From Botryllus schlosseri (lineage: Eukaryota), in assembly GCA_051294905.1 (NCBI GenBank), contig CM119376.1:15252001-15316000 (forward strand): a stretch of 64,000 nucleotides of DNA, read 5' to 3'. Within the stretch, counting starts at the first letter, position 1, and every line of letters begins with the position of its first letter. The position numbers and the translations under genes were made by a program. The notes under the pieces are model-generated. The model saw only the letters and a list, made by a program, of their open reading frames with translations, had not been told where the DNA came from and did no database searches. Shown here piece after piece: positions 13,856 to 26,822 of the stretch.

Positions 13856-16048
13856 TTTCATAGGAGTAAAATGTATTGAACACAAATGGTTTTCAATTTG
13901 CTGAGGGCGTTAAGCTACAAATCGCATTCCAAAAAGGTACAAACGTACACAATCCGAGCATTGATCCGACAATGCCGGCACGCTAAGTAATAATCCGTGA
14001 CGTTAAATTGATCATGTTCGATATGTCACACCTTGCGAACGAAATTATAGAATTAGTTATGACGAAATACTAAAAGTTTATTAGTTATCTATTGACAGAA
14101 AAGGCGGTTCGGAGTCACGGGTTTTGCAGACCCTGTATGACGCCGCTTAAAATCATGTGTTCCTGTCACAAGTTCCACCGTTCAAGCGTGACAATGAGGA
14201 GTGTTTCTATGGCAACGACAGCAGACCAGAAAAATCTCAAAATTGCATCGAACTCTCTCAATACAATACTCAAATGTATGCTATCCAACATGACAAAAAA
14301 AGAAATTAGGTTTTGGATTTAGATCTGCATCTCAAACAAAATTGCTTTGTGGATTGCAATATTGTAGTTCGTGTTCCATAGTACGAATTGTACGAACATG
14401 ATTAAGGCTTTTTAATACACCGTGGCTGGTAACGCCTTGGATAAATGTGTCGGGGACATGAATTAGCACGCTTCGTGTGCTGATTCAGTGCGGGTCCCAG
14501 ATCGGCTGTATAATCTATATATACTTGTTTCTATATATTGCAAATCGTTCGGCATTTGAGTCTTCAGATATTGCGCGAATTTGTTATGGTTTATTTCACA
14601 AATGTGTTCCGATCACGCGTCAAACCATGACTCTTCATTCCCAAAATTCCGAACGTCTGTGTACATAGAGTCATAGACTATACTAATATAGGCTATTCCT
14701 TCCAAGAAGAGCCAAATGTCAGTTGCGTATACCGATTGACCTCAACCTGCACGTATACACGTATGATTATGCAACACCTTAGATTACTATACTGAGAAAA
14801 ACGTATTGATTGCGATATTAAAGATTTATCATATTCCGTGGGAATGGAGGAATTGGTGCGATTCTTTTCAATATCCTTGAATAATTCGGGACTATACAGT
14901 TGTAATAGAATATTATTATAATTATTATAATAATTATAATAGTATATTATCCGCGTTTTCATAGTGTGGTCAGATTTTTCTGGTAAGGCAACAACATCCA
15001 TTGAACTGAAAAATGAGCATCTAAATTGCGTAACTAATACTATATACACCCCAAACAGCCAACTTGGCTTCACCTTCAAATTTCGCGTATAACGCGAAGC
15101 TATATTGCGATACGAAATCAAAAATCTCTTATGTCAGGGCATCAAACAGGAAGGCTATCTACACCAAAAATCGGAACAAAATCAACATACCGGTAACGTT
15201 TTGGGTTAAACTCCCGTTCACAAATGGACGTTCCTCGAGATCAGCTGAATAAAGACAGTTCATGTGTCAGCGTTCGCCCTTCACAGTAATCAACTCACGA
15301 ACGAATGGATGTGAATTCAATATCTATTGCGGTAATCTAGCTAGACCATAATGAGTCAAATCAAAAAGTCATCGTATTTATACACCTAATAGCGAAGATT
15401 AAGGAGTACCTGGATTTTACATATCATACAGCATAATTGTAAATTGATTACCATCCAATAAATGGAGTCGTCAATCACTCCCAATATTATGAGAAAGTGA
15501 AATCTGTCACTGAATTTGTGCACCCCACTATTATTGTACGTAAACATTGCGTAATATGTTATTAGCTCCTAAATGTCAACGCGAATACACAAACTATCTT
15601 GTCAAATGCTCCATCAACGGCAAGACTTAATGGTACAACGCTACAAGATACAGTTGCATTTTTCGCAAATGAACACAAGTGGACAAGCGGTGTATGGCGC
15701 ATACTCGCATGCAACCGAAATACGACGATAAGTGATTACTGATGATGACTTCAATGAGTGTCACGGGTCCGCTGCGGTTCAAAAAAACAGAGATCATTAA
15801 ATTTTGAGTGGTTTTTAGATAGAAAATTGTGACTGCAACATTTGTCAATGTAATCGCAATTGATATGTTTGTGTCTAGCAACGTACCGAGCACGACAAGA
15901 CCATACGGGACCATACAGTACCATATGAGGGTGACTATTCGATTATATTCGGTATGAGTTAGCTATTGGTGCCCAGAGACAGCGATACCACGTCACAGGA
16001 CGATGGAAACAGTCATGCCATGCTTCTTGAATTATTATATATGTATAG

Positions 16049-16663
16049 TAGGGCTGTTCAAAAATAACCTTTTCTTCTGGATTCCAGCCATTCAGGTATT
16101 AAATGATCAGGTTACCCTGAAAAACGCTGCACACCAAATTTGGTTCAATTCTAACAAGTATAAGGCTCCGCAGATCCAATTAAAATTTTTAAATTATAGT
16201 GAAAAATTTTTTTAAAAAATGATTTTCAAATTTTTCCGTCAGCCCCATAAAATTGTTGAGCTGTCTTCAGAGACGATGCAAAACAAATTTGACTCAATTC
16301 AAACAAGTAGAAGCGGAGTTATTTGAGTTTTTCGTTGATAATCCTCCTATTATCCTTGATCGGCGATAATCCGAGGATTATCAACTAAAAACTCGAATAA
16401 CTCCGCTTGTACGACTTGGAATCGAGCCAATTTTGTTTTGCATCCTTTTTGAAGACAACTCGACAATTTCATGGAGTTGACAAACAAATTTAAATTTTTT
16501 TTTTTAATTTTACGTAATAAATTAACAAATTTATTTGGCTCTGCGGAAGCTTAGACTTGTTAGAATTGAACCAAATTTGATATGCAGGCTTTGTTATGGT
16601 AACCTGACAATTTAATCAGTGAATGGCTGGAATCCGGAAAAAAGTTATTTTTGAACAGCCCTA
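16049..16663. mobile_element. Fold-back hAT MITE, 615 bp, inverted repeat over almost its whole length
   Basis: TIR TAGGGCTGTTCAAAAATAAC; perfect TSD ATGTATAG; a related half copy lies at about 8240-8455. Confidence 0.88.
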
Positions 16664-18487
16664 ATGTATAGACATCACCCTGAGTGTGTATGAAGTGGCT
16701 TTCGTTTGAAAAGTTAACATTGTTATAATCAGAGATGATGACAACCACATATTAATAAAAACACTAGGCTGAAGTCACTGCCATACGAAGCAGGCATGTT
16801 CAATGCACAATAAGCACAATCTTGTCACAATGCAAGCATGCAGAACATTTTTGAACATTTTACTACACATTAAAAACACCATTGAGAATATCTGTAGTTG
16901 GTGTATGTCTAAGGTTACCATATTTTGGAATCGTGACAGAACAGCATTTTTACCAAATCATAAAAGTTAGTTAAACGAAACTGAAACAGCTGATTTTAAA
17001 ATATTCACTGGAAATTGTGTTGTATTGACTACAAAAAGGGGTCACTCCAATTCCACTCCCGAATTACCCGCTCGAACATCCGCATTACCTATATTTATTG
17101 TCATTTATGCCGATTCACGCTGACCCTGTCGATCACCCTAGCTGTAAAGATGTAAAGGAGGACGAATTGACAAAAAGGAGGATATTTAGGCGTCCTCGCA
17201 GGACATTTTAAATTTCCTGAATAAGGAGGGCAAATCTTCCTAAGGGAGGACGTATGATAACCCTGTGTATATCTTAATATATTCCTATATTAAGTTCCTA
17301 CAACGCTGGCAGCCCCTGGGCCTGTTGCAATTTCAAAATTGGTACTGTAGTAAATTACAGTCTCCAAGTGCCATATCGGTCACCAAAAACAGAAAATTTT
17401 CCTATAGTTTGATTGACATTTGGTTCGCAATGACTGAGGGCTTACATGTTATAGACGGGGTGCACACTGGGTAAGCAAATAGGCCTACATGACAGTGGTA
17501 TATGATACTCATTAACTGTAGCGATTGAAGCAAGTAATAAATACTTCGAAATGTGACAACATTCTAGCTACCATAAGCATCACAGCTTTTCCTCGCAATT
17601 GTTAGTAGTAATTAAATAGAAGATTAAGTAAAATAGTTTCGGGGGTAAATAATGTTACTAAATCGCAAAATAACGCGGGTGTGAGCAATGTCATTTCTGA
17701 TGCGCTAATATTTTATCGGTTTCTTGCGGAATTATATTGTGTATACGATTCTTTTATCTGCGCTGATTTTACTTTTCATTCGTTTTAATCTGAATTTGTC
17801 GATCCTAGACGTTACATAGTTGTGAACAGCTATCACTAATCTACATATAAATATGAATGCATACACATACCTGAGAAGAAAGGCGGCACGTCACCCATTT
17901 CTGTTCAATGTCTTCCACTATCAACTAGCGGTTACATAAGTGGCTCTGAAAAATTGAAGATCGTATGTTTAAGGTGATTTTAATTTAAGATTTCAATCCG
18001 GACAATCGGAGATAATACATTCGCCAAAAGCAGGCTGGCTGCACCGTGAAGACGTCACAATTTGTTACCGAATTGTAACATTACCGGCTAGCGTGTGAAT
18101 CCGCCGTGTCGTGACGCCTAAAAAATACGTTGCTGTGCGTGAGCAGTGGCGCTATACGCATTTCGAAGTCACTTGACGCAAAGATTGGTGCAGCATGCTG
18201 CACCTATTTTCGTTGGTGTACCGTATAACCCAAAATTTATTGACTGGCTCTGATTGCTTTCTGAAAGCCAGCAGTAGAGCTTACTTCAAAAATTACCTAT
18301 TTTGTGACCTACAATGGTAATAAATCCTAGTGTTCACATAAGATTTGCCAACGCCGATACCATGGAAGTATCGTACTATAAGTCGGTAGCCGTAACCTAA
18401 TACCGAATTGTAGTGACGCAATTTCCAATACCCCTCAAGGCAACCATGAACTGGATATTTAATGTATATGCCTGTGACTCTATAGTC

Positions 18488-20065
18488 CAGTCGTCGGGAA
18501 CCTATGGCTCGCGAGCCATATATGGCTCTTTTGGGTATAAGATATGGCTCTTTGCCACATATTTTATTTTTGTATTGAATTGATCAGTATTGCAGCAATT
18601 TTTTAGAGAGAGAGAGAGAGAGAGAGTCTTTATTTTCATCGAACCAAAATACATAACAAACGGCAGTGATGGTGGTACAGAAAATATGCGTGCACAGTAT
18701 TCGGTATTAGATAGGAATGATCGATAAGACCGTGAAGGTCATCTAGTCTGATCACACCAGCATCAAACAGGTACACTTGACTCAGAACAGTCTGGCTGTA
18801 AAAAAATGTTTAGTTAGGAAAGGAAAATAGAAAAAAATTAAACAATGGTAGCAAATGATCAATGAAGCAATGTCTGGGCGAGGTAGGGCAACAGTGTTAG
18901 TGTAACGACAAGAGGTGATCAAGTAGGGCTTTTTTGAATCTATTATAAGGCAAGTAAATTTTCATCACGGCCAGAATAATTATCCTCGTGACAGTATAGA
19001 CATGTCTTTGAGAGGCAAAGGCAATGTCGTATTCAGGTTTGGTGGTTCGGACCCCTCTTTCAAAATATTCAAATTGAAGTTGCTGCCGGGCCAGCGACCA
19101 ATATCATTCAACAATTTGATGTAATCGACTCGAAATCTTGGATTGGACGAGACGTTGATTGATCAGAAAGAATAGCAGTCATGGTGACGTTCATATGACA
19201 ACGCAGTTTTCAAACACGCATTGTCTTCCTGATCTACGGTGCGGAATGAGCTGCCGTGTACGTTGCATTCTCAATAACAGACTCGAATTACAAACAACAT
19301 CATAGCCATCCACGTTCTTGGATGATAAGTAGCTCTGTAGTATCGGCGATAAAATGTAGGCATGCAGCGCAACGTCATATGTTACTGCCGAATTCTTTGA
19401 GAATTGAGAAGTCGACCGACAATCGGTTAATATCAGTAACAATAAATTGAAAGCTATTTACGATGAATTGTTTACCAATGGTGAAGCTTGGCCCGTCCGC
19501 AGGCCTACCTCTCGTTTCGCGATGTATTTTCGAGCAATAAATGTGTAAATTGTGTGATTTTCGGAGAAAAAAGATCAAAATCTTGTCATTCATGAACTGA
19601 AAATCTATAAAAAATAGCAATAGTAATTGAACGTTTCACAAATTTCGTTTACTAATCCTGACGACAGGTGAGGTACTGCCTCACTTGCTTCTCCTGAAGT
19701 CGCTGATGTATTACAGCTAAGAGTAGATATGGATGTATACTACTGCAGTGAATATGTTTGGCTCCACCTGCCTACGCATGTGATCATGTGTTCTCGCATT
19801 TAAAGGAGCATAACGACGAACTTACGTTCCCGTAACACCAGTTCAAAGATCACGCTGAAATAAGGCAACCAGCATGATTAATACGAGTTTTACAGACAAA
19901 GTGCGGCGCACACGACGAATCCCATATAGTTCGTAGTGCTACGATGACGTCACATAATTTCAATTGTGACGTAACAGTTGATTGACATGTATGACTCTTT
20001 GGAAATTAAAATCAAATAAATAGGACCAATATGGCTCTTTAGACAAAAAAGGTTCCCGACCACTG
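18488..20065. mobile_element. hAT MITE (GGCTCGCGAGCC family) with a nested CR1/L2-like LINE 3' remnant (about 18605-19240, minus)
   Basis: Ends CAGTCGTCGGGAACC and GGTTCCCGACCACTG; degenerate TSD; nested piece encodes ..YNRFKKALLDHL and ends in a (CT)n tail. A second family copy lies at about 51765-52584 (reverse). Confidence 0.7.
18605..18626. repeat. (AG)11 microsatellite, LINE tail
   Basis: Read directly from the sequence. Confidence 0.9.
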
Positions 20066-21271
20066 CATAGTCCATACTATACGCTGTAATCATTCTTCGA
20101 TCACATTACCATTTATTACACTTGAATCAACTCGATGAATCGTACGGCGTTGGGAACAGGCCGATTAACGAAGAAGACAAACTGTCTATGTCTATTAATG
20201 CCGTGCCTTGCTTTTGCTACCGTGATGTGATGCGATATTACGGACGATATACGATGATCAGATAATTAGGTACAGAGTTCAGAATATGAATCGTGAAAGC
20301 GCACGACGTTAGCCGTACCATAAAAAGGATATTAGGATGGTTGGACGTATGTCATAGGCTGCACCGGGCTATAGGTAGGGTATGTTACGGGCTGATGCAC
20401 GCATAATGCACTAGTCCCATAAGTATAGCGGACGTAATAATTTCCTCGGCATCAAAACGCGTGTGAACTGTCCAACAATTCGATAGGATCACGCTGCTGT
20501 ATATCTGTCGCCACCCCGCCTCGCTCAAATTGCACCGACGACTCCATCTACATTTTCAGACTTCGAATGATTGTTTACGGAACAAGGGGTGCGATACGTC
20601 ATTTCCGGTTGCTTAATGTTCCTAGAAACCGTGTGTTTTCTGGGAACTGACATTCTGCAAGGTTTCGATGAGGCGATACTTAGTAATTAGGCGAGCGCTT
20701 TGGTATATGCACGCAGACCGCGATTTAAACAATGACTAATGACTGCTGTGGCGAGATCAGTCGGATGAAATCGTAGCGCATGACCGTAAATGCAGTTGTA
20801 GACTTCTAGAGTGTAGACCAGTGCTTCTCAAGCTTTACTGACGTGCGGATCTGCGAACCTTCGCTGAGTCATAAAAACAAAAATATGCTACGATACACAT
20901 CTTACTACGCATCTACATTACTAGAAGAGATTAATGGTGCATAAAATGAGCTGTGCATCACTATATTGTTAAAAGAACAAATCCATTAGAAGATAATTGT
21001 CACACAAAGCGAAACATTATCATAAATATTCATTGCAAATCAGTGTGACTTCAGCTGTTCCCTTACAGATACAATAGTTCGTGCAACGCATGATACCAAA
21101 TTCTTTACTGCAATGAATGTAGTTGTGAAAACAATACTCAAGTTCAGTACCGCCGACCATATTTTCAAATACCAATTGCATGATCACAAATCAGCTTATA
21201 AAGTAATCGAGATCGGCATTTCAGGAGGACGGGGTTTCGATTTCGAACCCCAACCTCCCCTGCGTGTACAC

Positions 21272-21695
21272 TAGGGTTGCATTCTAAAACAAACGGTGTT
21301 TTAAAACACTTTGCTTAGAACATGTTTTAAACAAATGCCTTTTTTAAATGTGTTTTTTTAAGTTGTAAAATTTTGCCCTAATTGTGTAAATACTTTCCCA
21401 AATACCTGTTGTGTGAGCCTACGAGCAATTACCACCCGATTTAGCCGACGTAGATCGATATGGGATGGTTGGAACCCTAGAATTAGTCGGTTCAACTGTT
21501 ATGGTACAGATATTTCGTCAAAGGAGCTATATTTACCCTATATTTTCAATCGTCAATGTCGATCCATTATGACGCCACAATTGAATATTCGTGACGTCAT
21601 GGCTTAAAATAAAACAATAAAAAACATATTTTAAATTAGAGCCTTGTTTTAAGCATGGTTGTTTTTGATTGTTTTTTGTTCTAAATGCAACCCTG
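21272..21695. mobile_element. hAT MITE (TAGGGTTGCA family)
   Basis: TIR YAGGGTTGCATT; TSD 6/8; internal sequence shared with 45415-45825 and about 58135-58190. Confidence 0.75.
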
Positions 21696-22050
21696 GTATA
21701 TACGCCCGCGTGCACGCGACGCTCCATCATAGCAGTCACAATTACTAATTACAAGCAACCAATAATGGCCCAGACGGGCATATCATCACAAATAGAACTG
21801 GGCACAATGCTTAGAGAACTCGAATATATTGCCTATCTTGTGCTAATTCTAATAATTCTGACTGTCGGCTGTACTAGACGTCGTACTAAATTCTTTGTGA
21901 TCGCGAAAACGGTACATATAGTTTAACATTTTTCATAATTTCATACTGGGTGCAGAATCGATTATTAGGGTTCTCGGTTTTGCTCAGCCCGAATCACAAA
22001 TCATATGTATGAGTTGCGTGTGTGTTCTGGCGACCAGCGAACCCCTAGTG

Positions 22051-22372
22051 CAGTGTTTCTAAAACGTTTTCCGTTCGCGTACCACTTATTTGTTTTATAC
22101 AACGCCTTGTAGGTTACCACCTGGCTCCTCAGTGGCTTGGCTTACTCAAATGTACCCATATTTACTTGTTATTGCTATTATTAATATACCATAACACCTA
22201 CGACTCTCAATAAAATACTGTTTAAAGTGATAGATGTAACTGTTTGTCTTGCAAACGACTTACATCGTGTTTAGCTACCGCACAGGGTAGCAAATTGTAG
22301 ATTAAACACAATTTAAAAACTCTCCGTGTGCCACTAAAAATGCTCTCGCGTACAACAGCTTGAGAACCACTG
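22051..22372. mobile_element. hAT MITE (CGCGTACCA family)
   Basis: Ends CAGTGTTTCT and AGAACCACTG; TSD CCCTAGTG/CCCCAGTA (6/8). Confidence 0.65.
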
Positions 22373-23124
22373 CCCCAGTATTTCACGGAACCCCGATTAA
22401 GAACCACTGGTGTCGACAAGAAAACTAGCATCTTGTAGCGATGCCGCTTGTAGGCTCCAGCAAACCATAACACGTGAAAAATATTTACGAGACAGCCTTC
22501 AAATTTCTACAGCGCCAAAATCAACACGAATAACACCCCTGGAATAAAATACATAACGCAGACGGCGGCGCATGTAATACGAATATCTGGTGTTCAGGTC
22601 AGTTAGAGGCAACCAACTTTGCGGGCCTTGAGGACCTTTATTGCGAATTTGTGTATATTGTGGAATATAGCATACACTGTAGGCCAGGAGTCACCAACCG
22701 TTTTGAAACCAAGAGCTACTTCTGGGGTAGTGCGTACTGATTAATACGACGGGCTACTAGTTACTCCCGCCGGAGGAAAATCCTGAAAAAATGGTAAATT
22801 TTTCCCACTTCGTGGTCGCTTGACTAATAAGAAAAAGAGGCTCAACTCCCGGAAAATACAGTTTTTCTTTCACGTTAACAGGTGGTTGACTGAAAAAAAA
22901 AGGTCAACTTCCCGGTCCAGCTCCCGAAATAGCCGCCGTAGCGTTCCTACGGTGCTGACTTAATGTATATCAGTCGAATTTGGCCGTATATGTAACCAAA
23001 ATCCTCAAAAAAGAAGACAAAATCTCAAAAAAGAACACATTTGGGCGTCCTCCACGGACACGTTAAGAAAAATCAAAAAAGAGGACAAATCATCTTAAAA
23101 GAGGACGTATGGTAACCCTAAGAT

Positions 23125-24059
23125 AACTAGATGTACAACACGTGACTCACGGTTGAATACGGCGAGATGCATACTGCTTAGCCGGCTAAAAGCAGCAAAA
23201 TTGGTAGTCCTATTTATAGAAATGGGTATATCAGCGTTGGCCATGACCGCAACACAACGCACCAAGACATATAAAGTTTTAGGCCATGTAACATGTGACT
23301 CCAAGAAATGTGTCAGAACGATCTGCAGCGAGAAAGCCTTGGCCGTAAAGGACTGCTTTTATGCTGACCAAAAACTTCGAAATACCAAAAACTTCGTTAT
23401 ATATACAAAATACATATAGGTTTAATTGCCCATATAGGCGCCTAAATGACTGGCGCCGAATATTCTTGTCTTGGCAATCTGAACCTCACAAGACAAATAC
23501 CACCCCGCAGGAAAAAAATTAAATGCCAGTGAAGAAATACCAATCTAAAATCGTGTGATCTTTCAGTTTAGTAGGTTTGGGCAATTCTGCATTTTTTTGA
23601 TATAGCAGACAGGAGGTCACGAAATAACATCATGTAAAGAAGTCATACCTAGGGGTCCGCCCGCCCGAAGATGTTTAATTTTACGGGGTCTGCAGTTTCA
23701 AAGACACCTTTCACTCAGCTCTACCGGTAAATCAGATTACGTGAATAGAGACAGGATGAAAACTGATAGCAACACAATTCCCGATCATATTGACCGATTC
23801 AGTCATAAAACTAAAGAAATTTCTCGCGCTTCGCGCGTTTAGGCGGGAAAAGCTGATTCACTCAACGGACACCCAATGCGGCAGATAAGTAGCGGTAAAC
23901 AGTGTACAGTTTTGAAATCTAGCCAGGGCAATAAAACTACTCTGAAATAGCCATGATGACTGTTTGGGTCCGTTTCATAGCCGTAGTATTCGTGCGGCCC
24001 CGACCGTACTCTGAAATTCTAAATTCGGCCCTCACACCGAAAAAGTTTGGGAACCACTG
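23125..24059 (+). mobile_element. 5'-truncated copy of the 2-kb non-autonomous hAT family also at 39315-41267
   Basis: Long colinear similarity to 39760-40380 and 40870-41267; ends in GGGAACCACTG. Confidence 0.75.
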
Positions 24060-26822
24060 CCCTAAGGTATCTTGATCATTTGGAAGCCACGTTACTTGAG
24101 CGGCTAATTTTTCAAATAGTTCCGCGATATTTAGGCCTACGAAAGGGGATAAATATGCAATGGATAAAATGTGCTATACGCTCTACTGTCATCACAATTT
24201 TAGTAAGGGGAACGGTTATATACTTTACGTTGGTGATACCCGCCTCATATGTCCACGTCCAATTCTCATAACCGCTATAGGCCCGACTCTATCAACTGCG
24301 ATGCAGGCTCTAAACGTCAAAACCATGTTCACCAGACCTATAAACCGACCCAACCCAAGCCGACGCCCCTGTCAATCTTTCAACCGGATTAATAGTCATC
24401 GAATTGGGCTTGACTTAACATTTTCATAATGCAATAACGCGAAACTGAAATTCCAATATCGTCCGTCGATACATACGCAATTTCCATGATGTTCCACACG
24501 CAGTACACGCAAGGAACGATTCCCGCATCCCAAATTACAAAAACACGAGATGAAAATGTTATTACTGGTTCAGCGGATATCATGGATTAGTATTAGACGA
24601 ATGAATCCTGTTTGCTCAGAAGTAGCCTAGGCTAGAAGCAGGATACTACTACCAAATACTTTGCCTACTGGTCCAGCGGCTGCCACTGAATCCGGCATTA
24701 GCAATGTAATACCAGCAAAAATACTTGAGGCTTCCGCCTTCATCTCCCAAGTATGCACATGCACATTGCACATACACAACGTTGCTGGTACGCAACTTAG
24801 TTAGGCTACGGTGGCTAGGAAGGTGGTAAGTGACCACTGGGAACCATTCGAGTTGGAATTATAGGAATTAAGTCTCTACTTGCGCCACTTCATAAATTAT
24901 CTTAGACTACTTGCATATTCGAACAGTTTGTGATTTCCCCTCCTCTGCCAGGCTATCAGCGCTTCGAGCTTGACACGGTGACGCATGTCAAAATTCCAAT
25001 CGTATGACGACCAAGCACAATAAACTTTATTGACAGAAACGTCCAACGTAGTCACTTCCTGGTGACATTGAAGGGTTCTAAAAGGTGGGTGTCTGATTTC
25101 AAAGACTACTCCGAGTGGTTTCGACACCTTCCTATCTTTTCATTGTACCGCAGTTTTGTGGTGTTTTGAAATGATGAAAATATTTATAACCTGATACTGA
25201 TACCGCACGTTCTTTGCTTGTCTTGAAAGATAGTTATGTAAGTTGTTAGCCAACTTCGGCATATGGTGGAATTACTGCCATAGATGAACACTTATTCAAA
25301 TCATAATCTCGAATGTACTTGATGCTCGCCGTAACCCAAGACCACTCATCACAGTCCAGCCGAACCCTACACCCTAAATGGTTTGGCAAAGGGAAGCGTG
25401 ACGCGTGCTGCTGGTACCGTGGTGATAATCGAGGCTGCTTCTAATCATCGCTTCAAATTTCCATGAATAAACGTTCCGGTCACTAACAGCTGCTAGCGAA
25501 ATCATGTTCTTCCTGTCAATCATACTACAATAATAATTTTCTCCTTTCGCGTAAATTCGGAAGGGGCCAGCCTTAAAGCCAGGGTAAGAGAGACGGCACC
25601 TACTTCCGGCACAATTAGTTGGATATGGATCGTACAGTTATGAAGGATTTCCACAGCCATTCACCAATACTAGTTTTCGAGATCACGACCCGGCATACTT
25701 TTAAAACGACATCCGTTTACTACAATGACTATATAAGTAGCATCGCCATGTCGTAGAACTGGGATCGTTACTCCCAACTGAGTAGCCTAAGAGGTAATCT
25801 ATTTCCCCTAAACTGATGAATTATTCCAAGTCATTTCGTATCACTGCCACTTTCGATTCAGTCCTGTGATGCAATTGCAATAAATCGAACTAAACAACTC
25901 CGGTTAGAACGCGCCCACCGCGGTTGCACACCAAGCTCGGGTCTATCACAACTAACCTCATCGAACCGCCTCCAAAACATGCCTCTCGAAAATTGAAACT
26001 CAAGTTCACCGAGATCCGATCATTCTATATATCAATAACACGAGGCAGCTATGACTTGTCCGGTGATGAATAGCTAATCTCTGAATCACTCACCATCACC
26101 AAAAAAAACGAAATTGGAATGATCATCGGAAATTCCTGAACACGCAAGTTTGAATGCAGCGATAGCGCCAAGGACGTGTGAAAGCGTACGACCACCGAAA
26201 TTACAAAGGCTCAACCTCCGTCGGTACATAAAACGCTGCGTTATTTTCGTGTCCCACGCCCTAGTCCGCACATCCTATTACAAATCGCAATATGCGCTGC
26301 CAGGAAATCATAGCCGTGTAAGCAAGGAATTGGAACAAACGCAGTCTAATTACGTGGTCATGTCGAGTTCACTTTGTTGAGGCGCGCGGATTTCGAGTCG
26401 CTAAGAACAAAATTACATCTCGCACGACCCAGGCAAGCTGATTATAGACTGCCGCCGTCTCCTTGTACAGCGACATAATGCAGGCGCATTATTTCCAATG
26501 AGAAGAATGACAAACGCGCACAATAAGAACTGATGTGACTTAGGCTCGTTGTGATGCATTTCACGAAATGGGCGATCTTTGCATAAACGGCATTCCCCAG
26601 GCAGGCCCATATGCGTTACTTCGCGTGTACGGCACGGATCCGTGACTTAACGCTCTTGACGTCACGCCATAGATGGGATGGTACGTGAGTGGCATGGTGA
26701 CGCAAGAATGATTCCAATCGCGCTTGGAGTGGCATGTCAGCGCGTCATGATGATTAAGCCCATTCCTATCGCACAATGAAAGTTGTCAGCTCGTTCGTGG
26801 CCTGAGAGAAGCCGCGCCTGCG

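Noticed and set aside
23116-23123. CCCTAAGA as the left TSD of the 23125-24059 element
   Set aside because: It overlaps the TIR of a different MITE and no left TIR follows it.
25313-25444. 44-aa plus-strand ORF with ...PKWFGKGKR, neuropeptide-like
   Set aside because: No signal peptide, a stop immediately upstream, and no match to a peptide family I recognise.
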